DNA of 64,000 nucleotides from IMG/VR virus record IMGVR_UViG_3300020595_003017, positions 96,001 through 160,000 of that record. One strand, 5' to 3'. The translations under genes were made by a program, and so were the position numbers. Of the stretch, positions 1-8,511 are shown one piece after another. The notes under the pieces are model-generated. The model saw only the letters and a list, made by a program, of their open reading frames with translations. It did no database searches and was not told the DNA's origin. Origin of the DNA: a virus. Positions within the stretch are counted from its first letter, which is position 1. Every line of letters begins with the position of its first letter.

Positions 1-2
1 GA

Positions 3-1040
3 ATCCCTGTCAAGGGAATCAAAGAACATCACTTTGTCTTTGGAACAAACGAAAAGAATAAACGAGTCGGCTCAGCGCCTGGCAAAGATTTATCCAAAGG
101 ACAACAGGTTGGGCACAGAAAACGCCAACAGCAAAATGGACCTGGAAACAAACCAGGGAATGAGCCTGGCGAAGAAATGTACGAAATAGAAATGTCCCTA
201 GAGGAATTGGCTGGTTATCTTTTTAATGATCTTGAGTTACCAGAATTAGAAAAGAAAAACTTTAAGTTTACAACTCAAGAGAAAATGAAAAGAAAAGGCA
301 AAAGATCTTATGGTATTAGACCACGGCTATCAAAAAAAGAAACTATAAAACAAAAGATTCGAAGAAAGAAAGCAGCCATAAAGGCTGGTTCATATGATCC
401 TGAAAGCGGGGAAAGATTTACTTTCCACGAGAGTGATTTGCGCTACAAACATATAGCCCCAGTCAAAAAAGAAAATACCGCTGCGGTTGTGTTTTTTGTA
501 ATGGATGTTTCGGGTTCAATGACAACTAACAAAAAATATTTAGCTAGAAGTTTCTTCTTTCTTTTATACCAATTCTTAAACCATAAATATTCGTCTATTG
601 ATGTGGTGTTTGTTTCTCATACTGCTGATGCTCATGAGGTTAATGAGGAACAGTTTTTTACTCAAGTTCCTAATGGTGGAACTCTTGTGTCTACGGGATT
701 AATAAAAGTTGAAGAAATTATTGATAAACGTTATCACCCGAACAACTGGAACATATACACTTTCTATTGTGGCGATGGGGATAACTGGGCTATCGATAAT
801 AAAGAAACACTTTCTGCTTTCCGGCGTTTAAAAGAAATAAACCAAGTGATGTGTTATACTGAGATAGGTGCATTGAGCAAATATGAGTATGCTTTGTTTG
901 GTAACTCAAGTGGCGAAAAGAAACTATGGGACTGGACTAAGCTTATAGAGGACAAGAATTTTAAGAGAATAAGATTATCAGAAAACAAAGATATATGGCC
1001 GGCTTTTAAAAAGCTATTTGGAGGTAGACAAGATGGCTGA
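3..1040 (+). CDS. yeaH: YeaH/YhbH (DUF444) family vWA-type protein, 5'-truncated by the window edge
   Basis: Frame is open from base 3 (IPVKGIKEHHFVFG...), upstream of the tracked ATG 177. Family motifs: ELAGYLFNDLELPELEKK, DLRYK, MIDAS-like VMDVSGSM, GGTLVSTG, YTFYCGDGDNW. Adjacent to spoVR and prkA. Confidence 0.9.
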   Translation: MPVKGIKEHHFVFGTNEKNKRVGSAPGKDLSKGQQVGHRKRQQQNGPGNKPGNEPGEEMYEIEMSLEELAGYLFNDLELPELEKKNFKFTTQEKMKRKGKRSYGIRPRLSKKETIKQKIRRKKAAIKAGSYDPESGERFTFHESDLRYKHIAPVKKENTAAVVFFVMDVSGSMTTNKKYLARSFFFLLYQFLNHKYSSIDVVFVSHTADAHEVNEEQFFTQVPNGGTLVSTGLIKVEEIIDKRYHPNNWNIYTFYCGDGDNWAIDNKETLSAFRRLKEINQVMCYTEIGALSKYEYALFGNSSGEKKLWDWTKLIEDKNFKRIRLSENKDIWPAFKKLFGGRQDG

Positions 1041-2349
1041 TTGGTCGATGAGTGAACTCCAAGAATGGGATAAAAAGATCTGTACCTTAGGCGAGGGTTT
1101 AGGGCTAGATTGGTACCCGATCGAATATGAGATATGTGACTATAAAGAGATGATGGGGCATATGGCATATACTGGTATACCAACTCATTATAGGCACTGG
1201 TCCTACGGCAAATCTTTTGACCGTATCCAAACAGAGTATAACCTCGGTATGTCTGGATTACCATACGAAATGATTATAAACTCAAACCCCAGCATATCCT
1301 ATTTGATGACAGAAAACCCTATGCCAACGCATATACTTACAATGGCTCATTGTGTTGGACATAGCGACTTCTTTAAAAACAATAGAATGTTTTCTGAAAC
1401 GAGAGCAGACAATGCTATTGATAGGTTTAAATCTGCTAGCAAAAGAGTTAAAAAATATGTAGAAGATCCTCACATTGGAATAGATAATGTTGAAAAGATA
1501 CTGGATGCTTGTCATGCTATTAAATACCAAGTACCCAGAACGCCAGGTGTAAAAAGAAGAAACCATAAAGAGCTTAAAAAATATTATGAGAAACTTGTTA
1601 TGAACGATAAGTCCGGACGATGGGATCACTTTGATCTTAGCAAGATACCGCTAGAGCCTGACAATAATTTGTTGAAATTTATAGCTGATAAAAATCCAAT
1701 GTTAAGACCCTGGGAAAGAGACCTGATAAGAATTGTCGAACAAGAGTCTTTATATTTCATTCCCCAAGCTTGCACAAAAATCATGAATGAGGGCTGGGCG
1801 TGCATGATTCACGAAAAGATCGTAAATGCTCTAGGTATTCCCGACGAATATTTTCTTTCCTTTATCCGTCTGCATAATCAAGTAGTTAGACCACATATGG
1901 GAAGAATAAACCCATATCACCTCGGTTTCAGAATGTTTAAATATATTGAGGAAAATCAAGGGTTTGAGGAGTGTCTTAGGGTAAGAGAGACTCACAGTGA
2001 CGAAACTTTCATTAAAACATACCTTGATGAATACCTTTGTAAAGAGTTGAATTTATTCAGTTATTCTTTCAATAGGAAAGACGGCTATAATAAAATTACT
2101 GAAGTTTCCGGAGAAGCTACATGGCGAACAGTTCGTGATGACCTAATTACTAATGTAGGACTTAACAGTGTTCCCGTAGTTGTTGTTAAAGAACTTGATA
2201 AAGACGGCACGCTAATCCTGGAACATGAACATGATGGAAGGGACTTAGAGTTGTCTGAAGCCAATAAAGTTTTTGAATACATTAACGAACTATGGAATGG
2301 TGGTGTAAAATTTACCACCGTTATAGAAGAAGAGTCTTGGGAGTTTTAA
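1033..2349 (+). CDS. spoVR: SpoVR/YcgB family protein
   Basis: HYRHWSYGKSF, YEMIINSNP, LTMAHCVGHSDFFKNN and TKIMNEGWA are SpoVR signatures. Start moved to ATG 1033 because GGAGGT (1020-1025) precedes it. Confidence 0.92.
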   Translation: MADWSMSELQEWDKKICTLGEGLGLDWYPIEYEICDYKEMMGHMAYTGIPTHYRHWSYGKSFDRIQTEYNLGMSGLPYEMIINSNPSISYLMTENPMPTHILTMAHCVGHSDFFKNNRMFSETRADNAIDRFKSASKRVKKYVEDPHIGIDNVEKILDACHAIKYQVPRTPGVKRRNHKELKKYYEKLVMNDKSGRWDHFDLSKIPLEPDNNLLKFIADKNPMLRPWERDLIRIVEQESLYFIPQACTKIMNEGWACMIHEKIVNALGIPDEYFLSFIRLHNQVVRPHMGRINPYHLGFRMFKYIEENQGFEECLRVRETHSDETFIKTYLDEYLCKELNLFSYSFNRKDGYNKITEVSGEATWRTVRDDLITNVGLNSVPVVVVKELDKDGTLILEHEHDGRDLELSEANKVFEYINELWNGGVKFTTVIEEESWEF

Positions 2350-2350
2350 A

Positions 2351-4294
2351 ATGTCTAATAGTAAAAAATCTGATAAATTTCTCAAGTTAGTTGGTAAACA
2401 CCAAGAACAAAAGAAAAAAGAAAAGTTTCACGGTACGCTATCCGATTACCTAAAAATTATTGAAAAAAATTCTGACGCAACCAAGCTGGCTCACAAAAGA
2501 TTATATGACGCCATGGCAGCCCATGGTGTTACGAAGATGAAAACATCTGATGAGCGTTGCAATAAGATATTTAATAGCGAAGAATTGAGAACCTACGATT
2601 ATTTTCAAAGTAAGTTCTTCGGCATGGAGAGATCTATTGCAAAGGTTATGAGATTCTTAAGATCAGCATCTCTGAAGGGCGAAGAGAGCCGTCAGGTCTT
2701 GTTGCTTTTGGGACCTGTAGGCGCTGGCAAGTCGGCCCTCATGGAACACATCAAAGGAGCCCTAGAAGAGACGGAACCCATGTATCATATTGAGGGTTGT
2801 CCAATACACGAGGAACCTCTTCATTTGATACCCCGTTCTTTGAGAGAAGAATTTCAAAAAATTTATGGCATAAGAATAGAGGGAGACCTTTGTCCTGTTT
2901 GTCGTTATAAACTAAAAGAAGAGTATGGCAATGATTATACTGCGATGCCAATAACTGAGTCTTCATTTTCGGTTCGTGGTAGGCGTGGTGTTGGAGTGGT
3001 ACCACCCATGGATGCCAACAGCCAGGATGTTACTATTCTGATAGGCAGTGAAGACATTTCAAAGCTTGATATGTACGCCGAAGACGACCCTAGAGTGTTG
3101 TCGTTAAATGGTGCCTTTAATGTTGGTAATCGAGGCATAGTAGAGTTTGTTGAGGTGTTCAAGAACGAGATAGAATTCTTACACACGATGATCACAGCTA
3201 CTCAAGAGAAAGCCGTTCCCTCTCCCGGTAAGGGTCCGATGATTTATTTTGATGGTGTTATTTTAGCTCACTGTAATGAGGCAGAATGGAACAAGTTTAA
3301 ATCAGAGAACACCAACGAGGCCATCTTAGACCGTATTGTTCGAGTCAATGTCCCCTATTCTTTAGAGGTTTCCCAAGAGGTAAAGATCTATGAGAAGCTT
3401 TTAGGCTTGTCTGACTTTAATGGGCATGTGGCTCCTCACACCCTAGAGGTTGCGTCCATGTTTGCTGTGTTGAGTCGATTGCATCCGTCTAATAAAGTAG
3501 ACGCCCTTACAAAAATGAAACTGTATGATGGGCAAGATGTCATTGAAAGGGGCACTGTTAAAAAGATTGATATCAACGATCTAAGGGACGAAGCTCGTGA
3601 TGAAGGTATGACTGGCATCTCTACCAGATTTATTATGAAGGCAGTTGACGCTGCCCTGTCTGACAGCGAAAAGAACATGGTAACTCCAATATCAATTCGG
3701 GATGCTCTTATAAAACAAGTAAAAGATCAGATTGTTGTTGAAGATGACAGAAACAGGTATCTAGACTTTCTAGGTAAAACGCTTCATGATGAATATCTTA
3801 ATATTTTAGAGAAAGAGATTACCAAAGCCTTTGTTTCGGCTTATGACGAACAAGCAGAAGCTTTATTTAATAATTACTTAGACCATGCCGAGGCTTATGT
3901 TAACATGGCAACCGTTAAAGATTCTGTTACCAACGAAGAAATAGCCCCAGATGAGAATTTTATGGAATCCATTGAACAACAGATCGGTATAACCGGAACT
4001 TCGAAGGAAAATTTCAGAGTTGATATAACTGCTTTTATGTTCTCCAAACTTAGGAGAGGTGAGAAAGTAGATTGGCAGTCTTATGCGCCCCTCAAGGAGG
4101 CTATTGAGACCAAGTTAACATCGTCTGTTAAGCAAATCTCTAGGATCATCACCAAATCTAAAAGTCGTGACAAGAAGCAACAAGGGAAGTACAACGAGAT
4201 GGTGCAAACTTTGATCGATGAATACGGATACAATGAGGAATCAGCCGAGGAAGTTATTAAATTTGCTGCTAATAACCTATGGAGAGATAGTTAG
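2351..4294 (+). CDS. prkA: PrkA/YeaG family AAA+ ATPase / serine kinase
   Basis: Walker A GPVGAGKS, GCPIHEEPLHLIP, LSLNGAFNVGNRGIVEFVE, LAHCNEAEW, EGMTGISTRF; 647 aa, typical for the family. Confidence 0.93.
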   Translation: MSNSKKSDKFLKLVGKHQEQKKKEKFHGTLSDYLKIIEKNSDATKLAHKRLYDAMAAHGVTKMKTSDERCNKIFNSEELRTYDYFQSKFFGMERSIAKVMRFLRSASLKGEESRQVLLLLGPVGAGKSALMEHIKGALEETEPMYHIEGCPIHEEPLHLIPRSLREEFQKIYGIRIEGDLCPVCRYKLKEEYGNDYTAMPITESSFSVRGRRGVGVVPPMDANSQDVTILIGSEDISKLDMYAEDDPRVLSLNGAFNVGNRGIVEFVEVFKNEIEFLHTMITATQEKAVPSPGKGPMIYFDGVILAHCNEAEWNKFKSENTNEAILDRIVRVNVPYSLEVSQEVKIYEKLLGLSDFNGHVAPHTLEVASMFAVLSRLHPSNKVDALTKMKLYDGQDVIERGTVKKIDINDLRDEARDEGMTGISTRFIMKAVDAALSDSEKNMVTPISIRDALIKQVKDQIVVEDDRNRYLDFLGKTLHDEYLNILEKEITKAFVSAYDEQAEALFNNYLDHAEAYVNMATVKDSVTNEEIAPDENFMESIEQQIGITGTSKENFRVDITAFMFSKLRRGEKVDWQSYAPLKEAIETKLTSSVKQISRIITKSKSRDKKQQGKYNEMVQTLIDEYGYNEESAEEVIKFAANNLWRDS

Positions 4295-4305
4295 TAGGTT
4301 AGTGA

Positions 4306-5283
4306 ATGTCTCAACAGATTGAAAAATTAAAAAAACTACAGCTTTTGGTTGGAAACACGCCAACTGTTAAGCTCACATGTAAGTTTGAAGATAAAATACG
4401 CACTATATTAGCAAAATATGAGACTTTTAACTTCACTGGAAGCATAAAAGACCGCATGGCCATGCAAATCCTTAAATCAGCGTATGATCTTAACACTATA
4501 GACGCTAATGATACAATAGTTGAGGCTTCAAGTGGCAACACAGCAATAGCTTTCGCTGCCATGGGGGCTTTCTTAGGTCATAAAGTAGAAATATATATGC
4601 CAGATTGGCTCTCAGAGGAAAGAAAGAGGGTTTTAAGGTTTTATGGGGCTAAATTACACGAAATAAGTGTTAAAGACGGCGGATTTCTAAAGTGTATTGA
4701 GTTAGCAGAGCAAAAAAGTCAAAAAAACGGTTATTTTGGACCAAAACAGTTTAATAATACTTGGAATATCCTGGCACACGTTAATTCTACTGCTCCTGAG
4801 CTTGAAAATGCACTTAAGATTAACAATTTAGGTGATTTAGACGTTTTTATTACTGGTATGGGTACCGGAGGCACTGTTATGGGCTTTTATCACTACTTTT
4901 CGCAAAAAAAGAACGACTTTAAGGTTTACCCTATCCTTCCAAGTAAAAATGAAGATGGCGGACACCGAATTGAAGGCATTGGGGACAGCTTTATACCAAA
5001 TATTGTGGATTTACAAGCACTTAGCCCTGTTTTACGAGTAAAAGACTCGGATGCGATAAATATTGCTAGACAAATCAATAAGTTAGGCTTATCTGTTGGT
5101 ATTTCGTCCGGAGCAAACGTTTTTGGAGCTATTTTGAAGGCTGCTGAACTTAAAGAAACATCAAATGTAGCCACTATACTTTGCGATGGAAATAAAAAGT
5201 ATCTTTCAACAGATTTATGCAAAGATCAAAAAGAAGAACTATCTAAAGATATTGAAATATTAGATTTTGAAATAATTTCTTGA
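4306..5283 (+). CDS. cysK: PLP-dependent cysteine synthase (O-acetylserine sulfhydrylase family)
   Basis: VGNTPTVKL, FNFTGSIKDR (PLP lysine), EASSGNTA, GMGTGGT, HRIEGIG, GISSGAN. Confidence 0.9.
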   Translation: MSQQIEKLKKLQLLVGNTPTVKLTCKFEDKIRTILAKYETFNFTGSIKDRMAMQILKSAYDLNTIDANDTIVEASSGNTAIAFAAMGAFLGHKVEIYMPDWLSEERKRVLRFYGAKLHEISVKDGGFLKCIELAEQKSQKNGYFGPKQFNNTWNILAHVNSTAPELENALKINNLGDLDVFITGMGTGGTVMGFYHYFSQKKNDFKVYPILPSKNEDGGHRIEGIGDSFIPNIVDLQALSPVLRVKDSDAINIARQINKLGLSVGISSGANVFGAILKAAELKETSNVATILCDGNKKYLSTDLCKDQKEELSKDIEILDFEIIS

Positions 5284-5307
5284 AATAATCTGAATTTATG
5301 GTATCTT
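5280..5307 (+). promoter_or_regulatory. sigma70-like promoter with extended -10, probably giving a leaderless mRNA
   Basis: TTGAAA (5280-5285), 16 nt spacer ending TGG, TATCTT (5302-5307); ATG 5313 lies 5 nt after the -10 and has no SD. Confidence 0.5.
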
Positions 5308-5312
5308 AAACT

Positions 5313-5672
5313 ATGAGCGACTCTAAAGAAATATTAGAAAGAATAGCGGATGCTTTTGAGACAGTGAATTCAGCTTCGGACGATAAATACCCCAAAGAGG
5401 CTGTAAAAGTCGGGACAATTGTTCGGGCTAATAGATTAGATTCGCTGGGCGTTGTGACAGATGCGTTCTATGGTGAACTAGATAAAGATAATCAAAAGAT
5501 AATAATATACACTGTTCTTTTGTTCCCTAAAAGAAATCCTCTTAACCAAAGAAGAGAAGAGCAGTATTATATAAGTAATGAATACGAATATGAGGTAACA
5601 GCTTACCTCATGATTAATCCAATTAATATAAGCGAGTTAAGAAAGAACTTGGGAGGTGGACTTTTAATATGA
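5313..5672 (+). CDS. hypothetical protein
   Basis: 119 aa ORF, ATGA-coupled to the next gene; no recognised motif. Confidence 0.72.
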   Translation: MSDSKEILERIADAFETVNSASDDKYPKEAVKVGTIVRANRLDSLGVVTDAFYGELDKDNQKIIIYTVLLFPKRNPLNQRREEQYYISNEYEYEVTAYLMINPINISELRKNLGGGLLI

Positions 5673-6442
5673 AAAACAAAATTATGCCTGCGGCTCTACT
5701 GTTTGATATGGATGGAACCCTAACTGATGCTAGGGAACCAATATCACAAGATGTCCTTGAGGCCTTGAAGTCTGTTCCTAATTCCATCAAGAAATATTTA
5801 GTTACTGGTTCTGACATGGTAAAAATTGAAGAGCAAATTTCTAATGATAATTTATTACAACTTTTTGAGCGAGTATTTTCTTGTAATGGCACAAGGGTTT
5901 GGAATTGCAACCTTGATATGGATGACGAGACAAAACCAATTGAACCAGAATTAATTCACACAACCTCATTAATGGATTTTTATTCTGAGGCTGATATTAA
6001 TCATATTGTTAATATCCTTCTAAAGACAGCTTACGAGACCCACACTAAAATTAAAACAGGGACGTTTATTGAATGGCGTGACAGTCAGATTAACTTTTCG
6101 GTAGTGGGGAGAAACTGCACAAGCACTCAGAGAGAGGACTATGTTAAGTGGGATTATAAAAGCGGAGAAAGACAAAAAATAGTGGACCAACTACGAAAGG
6201 ATTTCAAAGGTTGGGGGCTATCTTTTCGATTAGGAGGACAGATCTCTATTGATATTACTCGTGAAGGTTGGGATAAAACTTATGCTTTAAAAAATATCAA
6301 AGAAACTCCAGATCAGTGTGTATTTTTTGGAGATAAGATTTGCAAAGACGGAAATGACCTTGACATTGCTATGAAATGTGGTAAATATCATATGGTTGAT
6401 GGACCAGCGGATTTAATTCTTCAACTACAGGAGTACCTATGA
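5669..6442 (+). CDS. eukaryote-type phosphomannomutase (HAD IIB, PMM family)
   Basis: LFDMDGTLT (HAD motif I), KTGTFIEWR..INFSVVGRNC, GGQISIDI...GWDKTYAL and FFGDKICKDGND match the PMM1/PMM2/SEC53 pattern throughout. Confidence 0.88.
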   Translation: MKNKIMPAALLFDMDGTLTDAREPISQDVLEALKSVPNSIKKYLVTGSDMVKIEEQISNDNLLQLFERVFSCNGTRVWNCNLDMDDETKPIEPELIHTTSLMDFYSEADINHIVNILLKTAYETHTKIKTGTFIEWRDSQINFSVVGRNCTSTQREDYVKWDYKSGERQKIVDQLRKDFKGWGLSFRLGGQISIDITREGWDKTYALKNIKETPDQCVFFGDKICKDGNDLDIAMKCGKYHMVDGPADLILQLQEYL

Positions 6443-6633
6443 TCGATGCCAATACTTACGCTACTGGTTGGTATTCTATTAGCCCTGCTTTTGCCTGGTG
6501 GAACTTTGATGCTCATCGTGTGGCTGAGATCAAAGCACGCAGAGAAGCAGAGAGAATTATTAAAGAAGATAAACGACAAAAGAAAATCAACTCTGCAAAA
6601 ATTGCAGAAGGATCAATTTCTGTATATGCGTAG
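6439..6633 (+). CDS. small hypothetical protein (overlaps 6446-6664 in another frame)
   Basis: AGGAG 5 nt upstream and ATGA overlap with the PMM stop; no family recognised. Confidence 0.4.
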   Translation: MIDANTYATGWYSISPAFAWWNFDAHRVAEIKARREAERIIKEDKRQKKINSAKIAEGSISVYA

Positions 6634-6664
6634 TAAAAAGACAAATAAAAAACTTGACAAGTAA
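6446..6664 (+). CDS. small membrane protein (N-terminal hydrophobic segment, basic tail)
   Basis: ~25-residue hydrophobic stretch with LLPGG, then a Lys/Arg-rich helix. SD spacing is poorer than for 6439. Confidence 0.45.
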   Translation: MPILTLLVGILLALLLPGGTLMLIVWLRSKHAEKQRELLKKINDKRKSTLQKLQKDQFLYMRSKKTNKKLDK

Positions 6665-6681
6665 CAAATCGATGATACCTT
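6654..6681 (+). promoter_or_regulatory. early sigma70-type promoter, copy 1
   Basis: AAAAAC-TTGACA-N16 (ending TGA)-TACCTT, followed by TAAGGAGAGAG and ATG 6700. Confidence 0.75.
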
Positions 6682-6699
6682 AGAGTATAAGGAGAGAGT

Positions 6700-6882
6700 A
6701 TGAATTGCTTTCAAATCGAAGTCCGTGGCACAACCTTTACAATCTGGGCACCTACCATTCAAGATGCTTTAGAAACTTTTATGATTGATATGGAGTTTTA
6801 TGAGGTGCCCAAGGAATTGGCTTCTATGGGTTCCTCCGATATGGGGGGTGATCTTTTTCCTGCTGAATGTAATGGTTTTTAA
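6700..6882 (+). CDS. small acidic early hypothetical protein
   Basis: Strong SD directly behind promoter copy 1; TAATG coupling to the NifU gene. Confidence 0.7.
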   Translation: MNCFQIEVRGTTFTIWAPTIQDALETFMIDMEFYEVPKELASMGSSDMGGDLFPAECNGF

Positions 6883-7181
6883 TGAGTGTAAAAGATAATA
6901 GTTTTCAAGAGAGATTATCAAATTTTGTTAAGGATGACATCAATCCGAATCTCGCTGCCCACGGTGGCTGGATAGAAATCGTTTCAGCCGATGAAGATAC
7001 TGGAGTTGTTAAACTAAAAATGGGTGGAGGGTGTCAGGGTTGTGGGGCTAGCGCAGCAACCATGCAACACGGAATTAAGATGGCCTTAATGGACGAGTTT
7101 ACAGAGATAAATGAAGTTTTAGATGCCACTGATCACAGTGCCGGAGAAAATCCTTTCTATATGGGTAATCCTTTTAAATAA
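6882..7181 (+). CDS. NifU C-terminal domain (NfuA-like) Fe-S cluster carrier
   Basis: INPNLAAHGGWIEI, MGGGCQGC (CxxC), C-terminal DATDHSAGENPFY as in the NfuA C-domain. Confidence 0.88.
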   Translation: MSVKDNSFQERLSNFVKDDINPNLAAHGGWIEIVSADEDTGVVKLKMGGGCQGCGASAATMQHGIKMALMDEFTEINEVLDATDHSAGENPFYMGNPFK

Positions 7182-7195
7182 AAGATAAATAAAAC

Positions 7196-7223
7196 TTGAC
7201 TTCTACGTTAACAGTGATATTAT
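7196..7223 (+). promoter_or_regulatory. early sigma70-type promoter, copy 2
   Basis: AAAAC-TTGACT-N16 (ending TGA)-TATTAT, then TAAGGGAGAGAG and ATG 7245. Confidence 0.8.
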
Positions 7224-7244
7224 AGGTTTGTAAGGGAGAGAGAT

Positions 7245-7718
7245 ATGAAGTTAGAGTCTGCTCTTAAAAAGATTCGCAATCGTGCCAAAGCTGTCAATCG
7301 TGAGGTTATGATTGAACAGAATGATTATCACAATAATAACCACCCCAAGGTCTATGTTTACTTTGAAGGTTCCAACCAGCTTATTTCATTCTGGACAAAC
7401 AGCGACGGCAGCATTAGTGCTCCTCATGTCAAGCGTCAAGGTGATGAGTCTGACCCTCACACGGACTACTTCCCCGGTTGCTTTTATGACAACATTACGC
7501 AAGCACTCAACTCGATTGCTCCGCTGCCTCCCAAATACCCGGTCGGCTCGTTAGTCCGCTTCAAAGACAATAAGCGTAACAACCGTTGGAAGTTGGCTGG
7601 CAAGGTTGCCTTGGTAATCCAAGCCGAAGCTGGTGGCAACTACAAGGTTCAGTACGAAGGTAGTGAAGATCGCTACAACCCCTTCTACGCCCAGCGTGAT
7701 ATTGAGCGGGTGTCATAA
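7245..7718 (+). CDS. early hypothetical protein (possible SH3/KOW-like C-terminal part)
   Basis: 157 aa ORF with its own promoter and SD; C-terminal PVGSLVRFK..G.VALV...YKVQY pattern. Confidence 0.8.
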   Translation: MKLESALKKIRNRAKAVNREVMIEQNDYHNNNHPKVYVYFEGSNQLISFWTNSDGSISAPHVKRQGDESDPHTDYFPGCFYDNITQALNSIAPLPPKYPVGSLVRFKDNKRNNRWKLAGKVALVIQAEAGGNYKVQYEGSEDRYNPFYAQRDIERVS

Positions 7719-7723
7719 AAAAC

Positions 7724-7751
7724 TTGACTCCTAGTCAATCCGTGATAATAT
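7724..7751 (+). promoter_or_regulatory. early sigma70-type promoter, copy 3
   Basis: AAAAAAC-TTGACT-N16 (ending TGA)-TAATAT, then TAAGGAGAGAG and ATG 7771. Confidence 0.8.
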
Positions 7752-7770
7752 AAGATATAAGGAGAGAGAA

Positions 7771-8085
7771 ATGGCTGCTGCGAATCCCGAAGTCGAATTT
7801 CACATGAACGGTTTTCTTAACGAGTGTGTGGAGATGTTGAACAATCATTATGATTCTAAGTTCCCGAACTTGCCTCGCCCAGAGGTCAAAGTCAAAGCGG
7901 GTGGTAAATACTACAAAGTTTATCAGGATGCCGGCGAATACCACAAGAGCGTTTGGTTCTTCGTCGGTAAAGAGGACGGCTTGATTTGGAAGGCTGCTTC
8001 TTGGAAGTCTCCTGCTCGCAACTTCGCTCGTGGAAATATTCTTGAAGACAAAGCAAAAGACGTCATCGGAGTTTATGGATTATGA
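7771..8085 (+). CDS. conserved phage hypothetical protein (KAASWKxPA type)
   Basis: KYYKV...SVWFFV...GLIWKAASWKSPA...RGNI resembles a small protein I recognise from large myophages; function unknown. Confidence 0.75.
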   Translation: MAAANPEVEFHMNGFLNECVEMLNNHYDSKFPNLPRPEVKVKAGGKYYKVYQDAGEYHKSVWFFVGKEDGLIWKAASWKSPARNFARGNILEDKAKDVIGVYGL

Positions 8086-8366
8086 TTTTAGCTGCCCTTG
8101 TTTTACTTGCTGCCCCAGGTTTAGAGACTAATGTCGTAAATCAAGGCAACCCTTCAACAGGCATTTATTGTCCAGTCTTTATGACTAAAGGCGAGGCCAT
8201 CTTCGGCGGACCAGATGTAAAACCTCGGGGACTTAATAAAGTTCTACAAAAACACATGTGCTTTACACACGTTGTGATGCCTCTTCAGCAGATCTGTATT
8301 ATGGAAGGTCATAACGAAAAGCGTTGTAAAATGAGAACTGTCAAATGGATTAAGAAAAAGAAATAG
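8082..8366 (+). CDS. hypothetical exported protein
   Basis: N-terminal MILAALVLLAAPG signal-like segment; four Cys; ATGA coupling. Confidence 0.6.
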   Translation: MILAALVLLAAPGLETNVVNQGNPSTGIYCPVFMTKGEAIFGGPDVKPRGLNKVLQKHMCFTHVVMPLQQICIMEGHNEKRCKMRTVKWIKKKK

Positions 8367-8373
8367 GAAAAAA

Positions 8374-8502
8374 ATGTTTATCCTTAGATTAAGAAAAGAT
8401 GTGTGGATGCCTGCTTTGATGTTTCTCTCCGGTATTGCCACAGGAATGGTTGGCGGAGCACTTTTGAGTTTAGAGTACCCTATTTATTGGCTAACCTTTT
8501 AG
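8374..8502 (+). CDS. 42-aa membrane peptide (not in the ORF track)
   Basis: Own translation: MFILRLRKDVWMPALMFLSGIATGMVGGALLSLEYPIYWLTF*. AGGA upstream; fills the gap between two genes. Confidence 0.45.
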   Translation: MFILRLRKDVWMPALMFLSGIATGMVGGALLSLEYPIYWLTF

Positions 8503-8511
8503 AGGGATATA

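Noticed and set aside
5669-6442. Eukaryotic giant virus origin suggested by PMM and glycosylation genes
   Set aside because: Shine-Dalgarno sites, sigma70 promoters, tmRNA, TilS, CCA-encoding tRNAs and contractile-tail genes are all bacterial-phage features.
6439-6664. Rz/Rz1-type nested spanin pair
   Set aside because: Neither overlapping ORF has a lipobox cysteine, and no endolysin or holin is adjacent.
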